DNA of 56,058 bases, the filler included, from Sphacelaria rigidula (taxonomy: Eukaryota), in NCBI GenBank assembly GCA_964200075.2. It is 7 parts of 7 records of this genome, joined end to end, with 100 filler letters (N's around TTAATTAATTAA, not from the genome) between each part and the next. Parts side by side here need not be neighbours in the genome. Positions count along the whole stretch, not along the records: positions 24,071 to 31,993 come from CAXNAA020012964.1; positions 32,094 to 40,015 come from CAXNAA020012965.1; 5 more parts are not named here. One strand, 5' to 3'. The position numbers and the translations under genes were made by a program. The notes beneath the pieces were generated by a model. That model saw only the letters and a program-made list of their open reading frames with translations, did no database searches and was not told where the DNA came from. Positions within the stretch are counted from its first letter, which is position 1, and every line of letters begins with the position of its first letter. Shown one piece after another: positions 24,128-36,289 of this stretch.

Positions 24128-24200
24128 CGCATCGGGAATCGAACCCCCGTTCTCTCCACCCTAATGGCGACGGTCGGACCATTACACCACCGGGGCGCGG
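24128..24200 (-). pseudogene. tRNA-like sequence (tRNA pseudogene or head of a second SINE family)
   Basis: The minus strand reads GCCCCGGTGGTGTAATGG...GGGGGTTCGATTCCC (A and B boxes), but the acceptor stem does not pair. Confidence 0.55.
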
Positions 24201-24924
24201 CGGCAATGTGGACAAAAATATTGAATTTTGCATGTGCACATGTTTTTTTCTTTTACATTCTCCTTAACAGCACCCGTTGGGATGTACCCCCCGCTTCCGC
24301 CCCCTACCAGGATAAAGGGCAGGTACAGAAATAGTAAAAACTATACGGGTGCGAACGGCCGTCTTGATGTCTCCCCACCCACACCCGAAACAAACGCAGC
24401 GTAAAGTGCACTCCGCTGTCACCAATACGCACCGATTGGCTCTTTATCAGCAGACACGCCTAGTCACAGCGTCTTAAAGGTGTGGAACCCATGGCCAGGA
24501 ATGTATAACCACAGCGCCGAAGGAGAGGAGTAGACACAGCACCACTATACTGAATAAGGTACTGCAGCGATTACTGGTGCAAAACGAGGAATAGCAAACA
24601 GCCGCAGCTCTTCCCTTCTCAACGCGCCACCGTTAAGGGGTCTACGAGTGGTCGTTACGCTGATGAAGATACACCGTACGACCATTCAAAATACTGTACC
24701 CAGATGCAGGAAATACCGTACCCAACGCACACCCCTTGAACATTGTCATGCTGGATTTGGCAATGAAAATAAGAAGAGAAGTCGATCACCGCTGCCACCT
24801 CAAGTAGCGAAACACGACACTGTACCTTTTTTCTGATCGCGGTACAAGTACAGGCACCTTCAATCGATTTCAAACCTCGCGACGTCAAATGTCGGATTTT
24901 TTTTCCCGGGCTTGAATTCGACAG

Positions 24925-25054
24925 GGATCCCTCCGCTGCCGGAGCGAACACAGCGGCAGCCATCCAGCGAATGAAACAAGCTCGATCCCGGGCGGTGAAG
25001 GGTGGAGGAGTAAAAGAGGTCAAGAGCCTCGCTGCGCTACAGCAGGAGCTGAAG
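24925..25054 (+). CDS. Thioredoxin-domain gene, exon encoding linker and start of Trx fold (...RAVKGGGVKEVKSLAALQQELK)
   Basis: Acceptor gacag| after a T-tract (alternative in-frame acceptor at 24853/24854) and strong donor AAG|GTGAGT. Joins in phase 0 to 30566. Confidence 0.8.
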
Positions 25055-25398
25055 GTGAGTGCATGAATTGCTGTGCCCCCCTTTTCCTCTGGGGTAATTT
25101 TCCCGTCCCTTTCCGCTGTCTCGTCCGTCTGTCTGCCTATCTTTCTCTGGAGATGATGGTACCAATTGACGATGCCGCTGCTTACGACGTCACACGAGCG
25201 CAGTGCGGAAACTTCCCCAACTTTGGCATCGCCACGTCTCTCAGCCGTTTTGTGTTGAAGTGGGACGTTCCACGTGTATCTCACACCCCTTGTGGTTGAC
25301 CCGCCGGTGGAACTTGCAAAAGTATCCCGCACCCTGGATAATGGCAACAGGTTACGCTGTCATGAAGTATACTGCATAGGTACAGTATCGACTATTGC

Positions 25399-25534
25399 AT
25401 ACCCTGGACAGTAGAATACACGGTCAAGAAGTGTACTGCGTACAGTATCGACCATTGCGCCTATTGCAATAGACAAAAGATTCCATCCTGAACGCAGTGC
25501 ATTTTTTGAAAATATATTTTATTATCCAGGGTGT
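25399..25534. mobile_element. MITE with A(C/T)ACCCTGGA termini
   Basis: ATACCCTGGACA...TATCCAGGGTGT. Close reverse complement of 31851-31985; relatives at 31167-31334 and ~55550-55660. Confidence 0.75.
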
Positions 25535-25949
25535 GAAATATTGCGTCTATTGCAGTAGACAATGAATCTCATGCTGTACGTGGTACACTTTTTTTACTAC
25601 GTATAATATTGTCATCATCCAGGGTGTGTCAAGTACTCACCTCTTTCTTCCTTTCTCTCGTATGTAGCGAGAACCCGACCTATCGTCACTCTGAGCCGTG
25701 TCATGCACTCGCGAGTATACGGTGCACTCCACGGTGCACTCCACGGTGCGAAATTCAACTTGCCGGCATCGCTCGGCTACGTGATACTTGCTTTCCCGAA
25801 ACTGGGGAGCGTTGCTACTGCGGTGCAGACGAGTAAATGCGGTAGTAGGACAAAGTGGTGCTCTCCATACCCTCGGGTGGACGGTTATGTACGAAAATAC
25901 CCCCACCTTGGCATTGCACGTGCCCAGTAAAGTAAGGATTTTGATTTCG

Positions 25950-26157
25950 AGGGCATGTCGGGTACAGTATACTCAATTGCGGGATATTTTGTAAGTCGTA
26001 CTTGAAGTACGAAGATTGGGGGTAGGGTTTCAGGGATCGCTTTCCAGTTTTTTGGGGGGTGCGACTCCTACTCGTAACACTCTCCCCTAAAATGAGTACC
26101 TCAAGTACATCTTTCAAAATACCCCGCAGGTGAGTATACTCTGCTCGACTTGCCCTA
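25950..26157. mobile_element. Foldback MITE, hAT-like (AGGGC...GCCCT) ends
   Basis: AGGGCATGTCGGGTACAGTATACTCAATTGCGGGATATTTTG is inverted to CAAAATACCCCGCAGGTGAGTATACTCTGCTCGACTTGCCCT. Confidence 0.65.
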
Positions 26158-27972
26158 GAAGGATATACAACGAAGTTGAGAAGTTTCTGCGTTCTCCCAG
26201 TGTCTCTGAGCATTCAGCGCCCACCTACTGAAGCCACCCAGCCACACCCGAGAAATATTATCTTTGCTTGTTTTCGCGGCACCTTGCGAGGTACGGCACA
26301 GAGGGTTACTCATGGCGGGGCGGTTCTGTCTGTTATGCCTGTGAATGGGGCTCGATTTTGGGCACTAAATTTCGGGAAAATGGACCGACCAACTACACAG
26401 TCAGTTCAATGCACAAGAAATGTAGGCGCTTACTTCTTTCGCGCATATACATATATTTTTGCGCGTTTCTATTTTTTTTTCAAGTTCAAAAGTGAACATT
26501 ATGCGCCGATTCATGCGTATTTTGGGGAAGTATGTGCGACTTATGCGCCTTTTTCGCGTCGTTCTTGAGGTGTTTCCTGGCGGATTCTTGGCGGCACCGC
26601 CCATGGAACGTACCTTCCAAAAAGAAAACAAGACTGTACGTTGAACATTTCGAGATTTCACGATTGCTTGGAAGGAGGGCTCGCTCAGTTTTTTTATTCC
26701 ATCATTGGTTTTGAAGGCCATAACGGAAATAATAATAATAAAAATCAAAAGTAAGAAAAAAACGAAGAATAAAATATAATATCAAAAGTTTTGCGCTTTT
26801 TCTCGCTGCCTCTGCTCCTCAGCGGTCTCCTTCGCGTCGCGCTGTTGGGGCGCCGGAGTCCGTACCTCGGTCACCTCGACCTTTTTCTGCTCTGCCAGAG
26901 TAGTGCCGTGCTCATTGCTGTACTGTCGGTGCACTGTGCGCTGTACACTGTACACTGTACAGTTGTGGATCGGACTGTTTGGCGTGTGACGTTGTGGCGG
27001 GAGCCGATGTTTGATGTGAAAAATGACATATATATATATTTTTCATCAGTTTCACATGAACGTAGAGTAGGTCACATACAGAACCAAAACCGGTATTAGA
27101 CCCGCAACAAAGTTCGAAAAAGAAATTACGAACACAAACGCCACGACTCCACGAACCACGCCACATGGAGCACCCGTGGGCAGGTACTAGCTGCTGAACA
27201 TGGGGTGCATAATCCCGTTGGAGTACTAAATGCGCCAAGTTATGCGTAAAATTTAGCTCTTATGCCTTTGTTATGCTGAAATCTCCAAAAAACATATGTT
27301 TAAAAAGAAACGCATATGCTTCTGCGCAAAACCCCGTTTTATGCGAAATTATACGCGCGCACAAGAAGCAAAAGCGTAAAGAAATGAAACCTGAATGAGC
27401 CAATCAGTACTCGTATCAATCACAAACGACTCGCGTCACGCGAAATGACGTCCACGCTCATACAGTACAAAATGTGCTACGACTATAGTACACTCCACAG
27501 CAAACCTGTGACTGGCGTTGCTGTACACCTGTACACAGGATTGCAACTACAGGAGGATAAAAGATAAAAGCTGCTGCTCGTGTTGTTGTTGTGCCCCTCT
27601 TGTTGCAGTATGCTGCTGTGCTTATCTGTTAACGCAGTTTCCTCGGCAACAAAGCAGAGGATATTGGACTGCGGTTTGAAGCGTGCGCCGATCACACACC
27701 ACAACTGGTCAGTGTGGCCGCGTATTTCCGTAACGCATGCCGCAGAGGCCGCAGCAATTTGCAAACCGCTGCACCGAACACAAAATGTACTAAAAAAACG
27801 CGTTTCCTTCAACGTTCTGGGGGTTTTCGGATCCGCTGTGGCGAACTGAGCAACTCCGCCGCTACACTAACTAGGTGTAGTGTGTGTGCGGGGGGCTGTG
27901 AAGTGCTACAGGCCGGTTTGCTTCCTGTCTCGAGAAACACGCGATGGAACAATGACAGCTGTCGCATACTAA

Positions 27973-28930
27973 GGCCAACTCTAATGGGAGCCGTTCAAAA
28001 TTTTCATTTTCCAAGAATTTCGAAGGCGTTTTTTTTTCTGCCACGATTCTGAATCGGTACCAAAAAACACACTATTATGGCATAAATTTGGAGTTGTACA
28101 TGGATGTTGAAGTTGACGTGACCTAGGAGATGTGCATCTCTACAACAGCACCCCAAGAAGATATATAACATGAGGCGGCATTTTGACGAAATATGGAAAG
28201 TAAGAATCATTCCGTGATACTTGTACAGTAATGGTGACGTGACGGTTCACAAATTCATTTTCACAAGAAATCACACGCCGTTCCAATGTAGGGGGAAAGA
28301 CGAGTGATGCAATGACGGTAACGGCACACAAATAGACCAGCGACTTCAGGCAGGACGGCAATCACGCGGGAGGGTGTATGGGCATTGTCGCCGGTCGAAA
28401 CGCGGACGGCCTCCCGCTCGAGAATGAGAAAAAGTAATAGCAATAGCAGCAGCAGCAGCAGCTTTATTACCAGTGGATATATACCGCTGTGGGTGGGTCT
28501 GAATCAGCAGGTGCCGATGCTGCTGCTGCTGCTGCTCTTCTTCGTGCGAGAGACGGTCCGCGTTTCGATCGTGCGACAACGCCCACTCACCTTGCGCGTG
28601 ATAGCCACCGTGCTGGAAAGCGCTAGTCCGTACTACCCGCCGATGGGTCCATGCTTGCTCACTCGGCCGAGTTCTGGGAGAAATAGCAGTGCGAATCTCT
28701 CCGTGGGAGCTGTGCACGTCGAGTGTGTCTCACACGCGTTGTTATTGCTGGTGGTGAGAGTAAAGCCAGCGTCTATCACAGGGAAAACAAGTGATTCGTA
28801 CTGAAAATGCAGTGGGGGTGACAACCACAATTGATTTGAAGTAGGGAGGCGATAACGCGCCGGGTGATGGACATTGTCACGGGTGGAAACACGGACCGTC
28901 TACCACACGGAAAGGAAAAGAAGCGCTGAT

Positions 28931-28968
<38 letters not shown>

Positions 28969-29738
28969 CTTTACTGCCAATTGATGTGTACGGCTGGGGG
29001 TGGATCTAAATCAACCGATGCCGATACTGCTGCTGCTGCTCTTCCTCGTGCAAGAGACTGTCCGCGTTTCGATCGTGCGACAACACCCCCTCACCTTGCG
29101 CGTGATAGCCACCGTGCTGGAAAGCGCTAGTCCGTACTACCCGCCGATGGGCCCATGCTTGCTCACTCTGCGAAGTGCATGGAGATATAGCTGTGCGTAT
29201 CTCACTGTGGGAGCCGTGCACGTCGAGTGTGTCTCACGCGTGGCTACTGCTGGTGATGAAATCAAAACCAGCTGTGCGCCCATGAATAGTCATGTGACGT
29301 TTATACTTGGTGTCAAGAAGATTGCATTCTCAACTTCGACAAGATAGCACTGCGTGCCAGCTGCAGTTGTTGAGAGTGCAACAGTAGTACAGCAGCTCGG
29401 GTAGTCCAGCAGAGACCAGACGGGTTTGGCAAGGTCTAAATACACGATTGTGCAGTGACAGGTGAAGCACATGAGAGAGCCGCCTGCGTGCGCTGTTGTA
29501 CAACAAAACATAACATATCCCATTTTACTTCTCGTACCAACTTCTAAACATGTCTTCAAGCGTTCAGAATCGTCCCCCAATTCTGAACGCTTGGCCAATT
29601 TTTTGCATTTTTTGGGGGTCCGTTCAGAATTTTGGAGGTCAAAATCTTGACGATTTTGTTCCATAATGGTCGGTTTTGTGACCACCTGTCGAAATTTTTT
29701 GAAAAAAAAAATCTGAACGGCTCCCACTAGAGTCGGTC
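27973..29738. mobile_element. Non-autonomous PIF/Harbinger-like element with TAA target-site duplication
   Basis: TAA|GGCCAACTCTAATGGGAGCCGTTCA ... TGAACGGCTCCCACTAGAGTCGGTC|TAA. Similarity continues subterminally. Confidence 0.7.
28335..29272. repeat. Tandem duplication (~490-bp period), each unit a long hairpin with facing (CAG)n/(CTG)n tracts
   Basis: TCACCTTGCGCGTGATAGCCACCGTGCTGGAAAGCGCTAGTCCGTACTACCCGCCGATGGG is identical in both units. Arms CATTGTCGCCGGTCGAAACGCGGAC and GTCCGCGTTTCGATCGTGCGACAAC are complementary. Confidence 0.85.
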
Positions 29739-30565
29739 TAAGCCTAGGTAATTTGGGATGGAGCGTGTGTTCTGTTCGGCAGAGGTTTGGCACAGTCCCG
29801 ACCAGTCTACGACGTCATTATTCCTCATCACTCCTTCACGTTTATTTTGATTGTCTTTTGCCCACGGACTTCTGGTCGCTAGGGCCTTCATTCACGGGCA
29901 TAACTGTATGACGGCAAGGTTTGATGACATGGGGCCCTGGAGAGAAAGGCAGTATTGAGTTGTTGTTGTTGTCTTCACATTAAAAACCGTTCCGATATCT
30001 GCGCGGTACATTGGTACTGGGCATCTTTATGCGGACGCCTTCCGGGGTAACAGGCTAGCAGAAGAAACAAAAATGAAATAAAATAGATCCAGAGTGAAAA
30101 AACTCACAAAACGCGATACAAGCAAACAGGATTGAGTGAGGGTAGCAATAACCGCGATTACACGGTTGCGAAAGCCCGCGTTCGTACGGCGGTGAACTCG
30201 TTGACCGCGACGGGGTACGTCCGTCCGGGTCATGCATGATTTTTTTCACCTGAAACTGATACCGGTTCAGCAGATGACCTATGCTGGTGGTCAACGGGTT
30301 TCGAAAACACAGCGGCACAATGTCGAAGGGCAAAGCAAGCCCTCGTGTTCATTTGCTGATCGCACTTTGCGTATCAGACTCGCTTATGTTCTCTAATCGA
30401 TGCTTGCGTCTCTTGACCAGTTTTTCAGTTTTTGACGCCTAGATGAGACGAACAGCCTCCAGAGCGGGCCCTCGCGACGCGAACTAGGACGTTCGTCCAT
30501 GCGCATTTGGCTCTGCGCCGTATTGACTGCCACTGTATGTGTCTTCGGGTCTGGTGACATTGCAG

Positions 30566-30621
30566 GCGGCGAAGGGGATGCTTGTGGTGGTGGACTTTTA
30601 CGCGGACTGGTGTGGCCCCTG
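30566..30621 (+). CDS. Thioredoxin active-site exon (AAKGMLVVVDFYADWCGP|C)
   Basis: cattgcag|GCG...TGGTGTGGCCCCTG|gtgagt. Canonical VVVDFYADWCGPC motif with the second Cys codon split by the intron. Confidence 0.92.
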
Positions 30622-31166
30622 GTGAGTGACGGAAGACATGAAAGGAAAAAAAAAACGCCAGTGCGTACGTGAGAGCTGATCGGTACTGGTTGAATTACCT
30701 TTTTTTTTTTCTTGAGGGAGAAGTGTCTTGAGTTCGATGTGGTTCATTGCCGGTCGGCTTGTTCGCATGTTGTGCTCCGAGACTTGTACGTACGTGATAA
30801 CCTTCCTTGCTGGGAGCGTTGAGGGGGCCTCCCAAAGTCGGGTAGGAACCGAGACATTGTTCTGAACTCCGTAAAAAAACAACTCAAGTTCGGAATGATC
30901 TTCTGACCAATCCCACCGAATATATTTGAGATTTCGCGAAGCCTCTAGAGTACTTGACTTTGCGAGATGGAATTCAAGTTGGGAGACGTTTCACCTGTAT
31001 CACTAAATAGCGATATCTCCCCCTCAAGGTTGGATCGGTTTCACCTTCGGCAACTGCGAATAACCGCTTGAAACTCGACACACATGTGCGCAGTGACTGT
31101 TTACACAACCGTTTCATACTCCATACTCCGGTTTATGATGATTGACCCGGGCGTTATAATCAGTTG

Positions 31167-31334
31167 ACACCTTGGACAATATATGGTCAATAAATGCAAT
31201 AGACAAGAAACGTGCTGCATAAAATATAGGCCTATTGCGACTATTATCGGCCGGCAATAGTTGCAATAGGCCTATACTTTATGCAGTGCACTTCTCGTCT
31301 ATTGCATCTATTGATCATAAATGGTCCAGGGTGT
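31167..31334. mobile_element. Almost fully palindromic MITE (ACACC.TGGAC...GTCCAGGGTGT)
   Basis: Arms ATGCAATAGAC...CTGCATAAAATATAGGCCTATTGC and GCAATAGGCCTATACTTTATGCAG...GTCTATTGCAT. Confidence 0.8.
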
Positions 31335-31514
31335 GAATCAACTATATTGGTTTAAGACAGTACTGTTGTTGTGTTTTTACCCCATGGGTTATTTTCCCAT
31401 CAAGTTTGCATATTTTGGTGATTTTATGTTCCTGAACTAGTGCCATAGTAACGGTAACGGTACAGATGGCTGCCCTGCATGTGTGCAGCAAAGCAATACG
31501 AATTATTGCACATG

Positions 31515-31762
31515 TAGGACAGATTATGATCCGTCTGAAAAATTCTTCCTCTCAGTGTAATGATCTGGATCATGATCCAGATCAATCGGCCCCCGTTCAC
31601 CATGTTTGCTCCGTACAGCGCCGGACGCCGAGCACGCCGAAGTAGCGCAAAGGTTTCGCTTTGACTTTTCTGACTCCGCGGTCACGCATGTTGTGTTTTG
31701 GGACCGACACCTCCGAGAGTGTTATTTGATCAGTTATTCCAGACGGATCATGATCTGTTCGA
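31515..31762. mobile_element. GATC-rich foldback with internal perfect 24-bp palindrome
   Basis: ACAGATTATGATCCGTCTG is inverted to CAGACGGATCATGATCTGT. TGATCTGGATCATGATCCAGATCA lies at 31561-31584. Confidence 0.6.
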
Positions 31763-31850
31763 GGTGTGAAATCTTTGAACGGTATGATTTTTTTTTTCTT
31801 CCGTGCACCAAATTATCGAAGCGCACAGTCAATCAATCAAGCAGTGTTTA

Positions 31851-31985
31851 ACACCCTGGACAAAATATTCTAATGCCAAAAATGTACTGCGTACAGTATG
31901 TAATCTATTGTCTATTGCAATAGGCGCAATAGTCGATACTGTACGCAGTACACTTTTTGACTGTGTATTCTGCTGTCCAGGGTAT
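31851..31985. mobile_element. MITE, inverted copy of 25399-25534
   Basis: Its reverse complement aligns over the full length. Confidence 0.75.
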
Positions 31986-31993
31986 GCAGTGTT

Positions 31994-32093
31994 NNNNNNN
32001 NNNNNNNNNNNNNNNNNNNNNNNNNNNNNNNNNNNNNTTAATTAATTAANNNNNNNNNNNNNNNNNNNNNNNNNNNNNNNNNNNNNNNNNNNN
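31994..32093. other. Artificial contig spacer
   Basis: N44-TTAATTAATTAA-N44. Confidence 0.99.
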
Positions 32094-34884
32094 GGGGGCC
32101 GGCTGTGTTTTCTGGTTCGTGTGGGTTTTGTGGGGGGCTGTGGGGTTCCTGGGGGGGGGCCCGCGGGGGGGGGTAGGGGTGGTATCGCCGCGATCAATCA
32201 CCGGCTGTCTTTTCCAAAAGTAACTTTTTGAAAGGTGGTTAATCATTTTCGATACGAACCCGCTCGAGATTGCTTCAGCTGGTCTGACTGCAGGCGATCG
32301 GGCCGTCAGATTGTCTTTTTTTATCCAGAACGTCTCATCATAAGAAGGGCTATCCTCGGGACTTTTCTCGCGGTATTGTCACCGCGGTTTGATGCGGTCT
32401 ACAGAGAGCTCAACCGCAGTTCCGCAAAAATTTACAGAATCCAGCACCATACCGTAAAACGATATCGAAAACTCATAATTACATTGGTGTGGAGCACTGT
32501 ACCGCGATTTCCTCGTGCCGTGCCGTACGTACCTTGAACTACGAATACCGTACTCCTGAACTATTTCCTGAGTGGGGCCCCGCATCCGTTGTGAGCTGTG
32601 GCTCAGACGTACACATGGTGTGTCCTCACGATGTCCCAGATAGAGTTTCGAATCCCCCGCGCACATTAATCCCCACCCCCCCCCACATATTGTGTTCACG
32701 ACAGTGAAACAACTATGTTGCAGTTGGTACAACTTGACAAACGAACGCATAAGATGTACTCAGGCCTATGGTTGGGGAAGTTGACCGGTCATTCCGTACA
32801 CACACTACAAAATTCAGTCCTTGACTTTTGTATTCAGGCCAGGAAGCCAATGGAAAAATTAAGTGGCCTACAATGGCAATCGAAAATAGAGATACCATCG
32901 TGTAGATTAAGAGTTGAGGAACACGAGAGAAACCACCTAAACGCTCGGATATGCACCAGAGGGCGCTCAAAATCGCTTTTCCAGAACGGGACTATTTGGT
33001 GCGTGTTCGCTCTCCCATGTCGAGAAAGAAGCCGGGAAAATGGCATCATGTCTTTCTTTGTTACTGTGAGATTACGATCCACATCGCAGCAAATGGTCTG
33101 AACACAGCACTCATCGAGAATCTAAAAACCACGCAGCCTCTGTGGCCAAGGCTACCTCTACTGGCACGCCCTTATCCGCAGCCATCTATGAGTAGGGTGG
33201 CAATGTCGGCTCCGGCTGCTTTGCGAGTTGTGCATGCGAATGATACGCATACCACCTACTTAATACTCACACACAACTGACGTAACATTACCGTAGGGCG
33301 CGATGTTTGATACTTGGTGCGGTGATGGGAGGAGATACTCATGATGCATCTAGTAATAAGTGTCGTGAGATATGTAACCTTGATGCTTTGAAAGTCGTGT
33401 TATGTGTATTTCAACAGCCACATTCGCGTAGACCAGACCATGACCTCACTCAGACCTTTGACCATAAATCCTAGTTGCCTGCAGTTCTAACCTGGACGAT
33501 GGGCTATCCCGTCAACGCACCCCGAACAACGGTTGAAGCCCTTACTCGTGGGAACAACATGCCGTCTTGAAGTGTCCAATTCGATGGCATCTATTGCAGT
33601 CAAGTTATAGAGTTCCATGAAGTGTTCATCGTTAGCATGTGAAAACAACGGCGCCGATTTCGTCAATATCAATTATTTTGAAGAAACTGCTGCAACTCTA
33701 ACGGATGATGTCGGATCGACGAATTAGACACGCTATATTACCCTAGGTCTTCTTGGGGGGTGGAAATGCACCAACCAATCACAAGGAGTTAAAAAGCCAA
33801 CAGATTTTGAGCAAACATAGTTTTCTCCCTCGAGCAGAGACGGGAGGGATGTCCATCAGGAACAGTATCAGCCCACTTCGACACTCGATACATCACGATA
33901 AAAGTATATCGCAGTATAAGACACAGTCGGACAGCTATGGGCGCGCCTGACTCCCCAGAATGAGCCAAGAAAGTGTCACCGACCAAAAGCACGAACACAC
34001 CGGAGATCTCGTTCATCCCCTGACTATGCACGCCGTAAAATCCCTCAATATACTTTTGGTTCGAGTAGGGCTTCCATTTCACGGTTTCGAAGTTTTCTCA
34101 TCCCGGAGTACGAACCACGGCGTGGCTCGGCTACTCACCGGCGTGTATTTGTCCAAGCTACAATCCGACCGGACGGTTTTACCAAAAAGTTACGGTGATC
34201 GAGAACTTCGCGAAAAAAACATGTTTTTTTCACTCGATTCGTTATAAAACTCGCAACCGGATGAAATAAAAAAAACGGTACAATTGTAGCTGTCGTCTTG
34301 GCGCAGATGATGCAAAAAGTCGCATCCCAATCGATGGCCTTGGGGATGAATATTTCCTGAAACAGATTGGGCTATGACCGCAAACACAGGCCTCCAACCC
34401 TCGCCGGTTTCCACAAAACGCGAAAACCCCATCCGTGTCTATAAGGTCCTCAGAAAAGATGACACCCATGAATGACTCTTGATAGTGCAGATGGTTTAAA
34501 ACATCGCATGTGTGGAATCTTCGACAGGTGTATAATTTGAACCTTCGACCGAGCCCCTAAAAGCTTCTGTGTCTGCGAGACATATACCCCCATCTGAGCA
34601 TCGCTCGTGATAGTGGCAAGCGTAGCGCTCGTTCTCTTGCACCCTGTGTCATCGCCACGCCACCATCGATAGCGTTGCTTTGTATCTAATCTCACCTGAC
34701 GGCAAGTATGGGCAAACTCTGAACTGAAGGAGAACAGAAAGCTAGAGAGCAAGCTGGAGTTAAAGACGAGATGGCAGTATCCGCAATGGCAACACACTCC
34801 AACAGCTGTCATAAACGCGATAGTGAGTCGCACGACGAAAGCAAGAATCATCTTCGCGACCTTGCAGCAGCGAAGCAAACCAAC

Positions 34885-35030
34885 TATAACACTAACCCTA
34901 ACCCTACCCACAACGAAGGCATACCGAGAACCCTCGGGTAAGGCAAGTGCAACGTGTTCCCTAGGCGAAGTGTGCGTTGCCAGACCTCAAATCGGCACCC
35001 CAGGTCCCGATTTAGATAAAAACGCGTTGT
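34885..35030 (+). mobile_element. CCCTAA-family element, partial copy
   Basis: CTAACCCTAACCCTACCC...GAGAACCCTCGGG...CCCTAGGCGAAGTGTGC..CAGACCTCAAATCGGC matches 12170-12300. Confidence 0.7.
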
Positions 35031-35679
35031 GGCCACCCTAGGAGGATACTAAGAGCCCATCCCCCATGAAAGATTTGGATCCCGGTGTCCACACTGAAGT
35101 CAGCATGAACCAACTTACCCTCCCGAATTGTCAACTGTACTGCGTCAAGACGACACAAAAGACAGCATAAACTCGTCGGCCCACTTTTACTGAAGCCACA
35201 TGGCACCGAAGCCCCATTCATGTATTTCGGTGCAACCAACCGTCCCAAGACACACGACTGTTGTATCGGTACTGATGGGTGATGGGCGGCGGTTTGTTTT
35301 CATTCCCCCTTGGGACACAATATCTTGAGAGTCCATGCCCTCTTGGAACACAATATCTTTGAAGTCTACGCATATTTATGAAATGAAAAGCCATGCCCAC
35401 GGAACAACAAATACACTTGCACAAGGTGAGTCTTTCATCCGCTTAAATTGTGGAACGATGGGATCCGATAAATCAAGCTCCTCAACACATGACGAAGAGG
35501 TCGACCAACATCCGCCCAGCCCACATCACACACCCGGCGACTATACTCCACTCGTCTGTGTAATGGCCGTCCTCGTTGAAGTTCACCAGTACATATGGCT
35601 CTGTCGCATGTTGAGCACATGTGGTCCGCCGATTCGATTCGCGTTCCCAAAAATAAATGGTTCAGCGTTCTGTTTTCAG

Positions 35680-35925
35680 TTACCGGCATCTAGCTACAAA
35701 TGTTCATGGTTGATATTACTTGATTCGAATGTGTACAACGAGAATCGGAATTCAAGTAGGGCTGACAGCCCCGCCGTGTGCTCCTCGTGTGCGCATAACA
35801 TGTTTTCGTTGACATCGGCGCCACAGGCGCCGATTTGGGGTCTACCAAGGCCTCACTTTGTTGAGGGAATGTGTGTACCGCTTTTGTCCGAGGGTTCTCG
35901 GTGTGCGTTGGCTTGGGTCAACCCA
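35680..35925 (-). mobile_element. CCCTAA-family element, inverted copy
   Basis: Reverse complement of 19370-19577 (CTACAAATGTTCATGGTT...AGTAGGGCTGACAG...GGCGCCACAGGCGCCGATTTGG). Confidence 0.75.
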
Positions 35926-36289
35926 ACTAGCCTTCAGGCATTCATTCCAGCGCATCGGAAGCGCGGATGAAAAGCGAGGCAGTGGCATGCAATATATGAC
36001 GAAAAACAACGGAAGTAACGGCAGGGTTCTGATATTAGAATGCAGTTCACAATTCACTTTTTCTCTACACGGATTTTGGATCTATGTCGTTCTCTCCCGA
36101 TGACGGAAGGCACACTTTACCCGACGAGCCTGGAAAAGTCCCAAAAGTATATATGTTCGTGATTTTGGACGGTGACACTTTTTTTGCCTGTTTTGGGGGG
36201 TCAGGTGCACCCATAACAGTGAGTGCGACTTATCCTACCCGGACAGCGGGTGTATGTAGGTCGTAGTTTCTCACTCGGTGAAAGGGTAC

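Noticed and set aside
24655..25347. 230-aa minus-strand ORF
   Set aside because: It overlaps the better supported plus-strand thioredoxin exon and has no recognisable features.
28346..29347. Poly-Q / poly-L ORFs
   Set aside because: They arise from CAG/CTG tracts of the duplicated hairpin inside an intron, and the frames are not conserved between units.
32200..34700. Coding or viral region in contig 5
   Set aside because: Only short interrupted frames and weak candidate exons (~33490-33590, ~34590-34697, minus strand); nothing recognisable.
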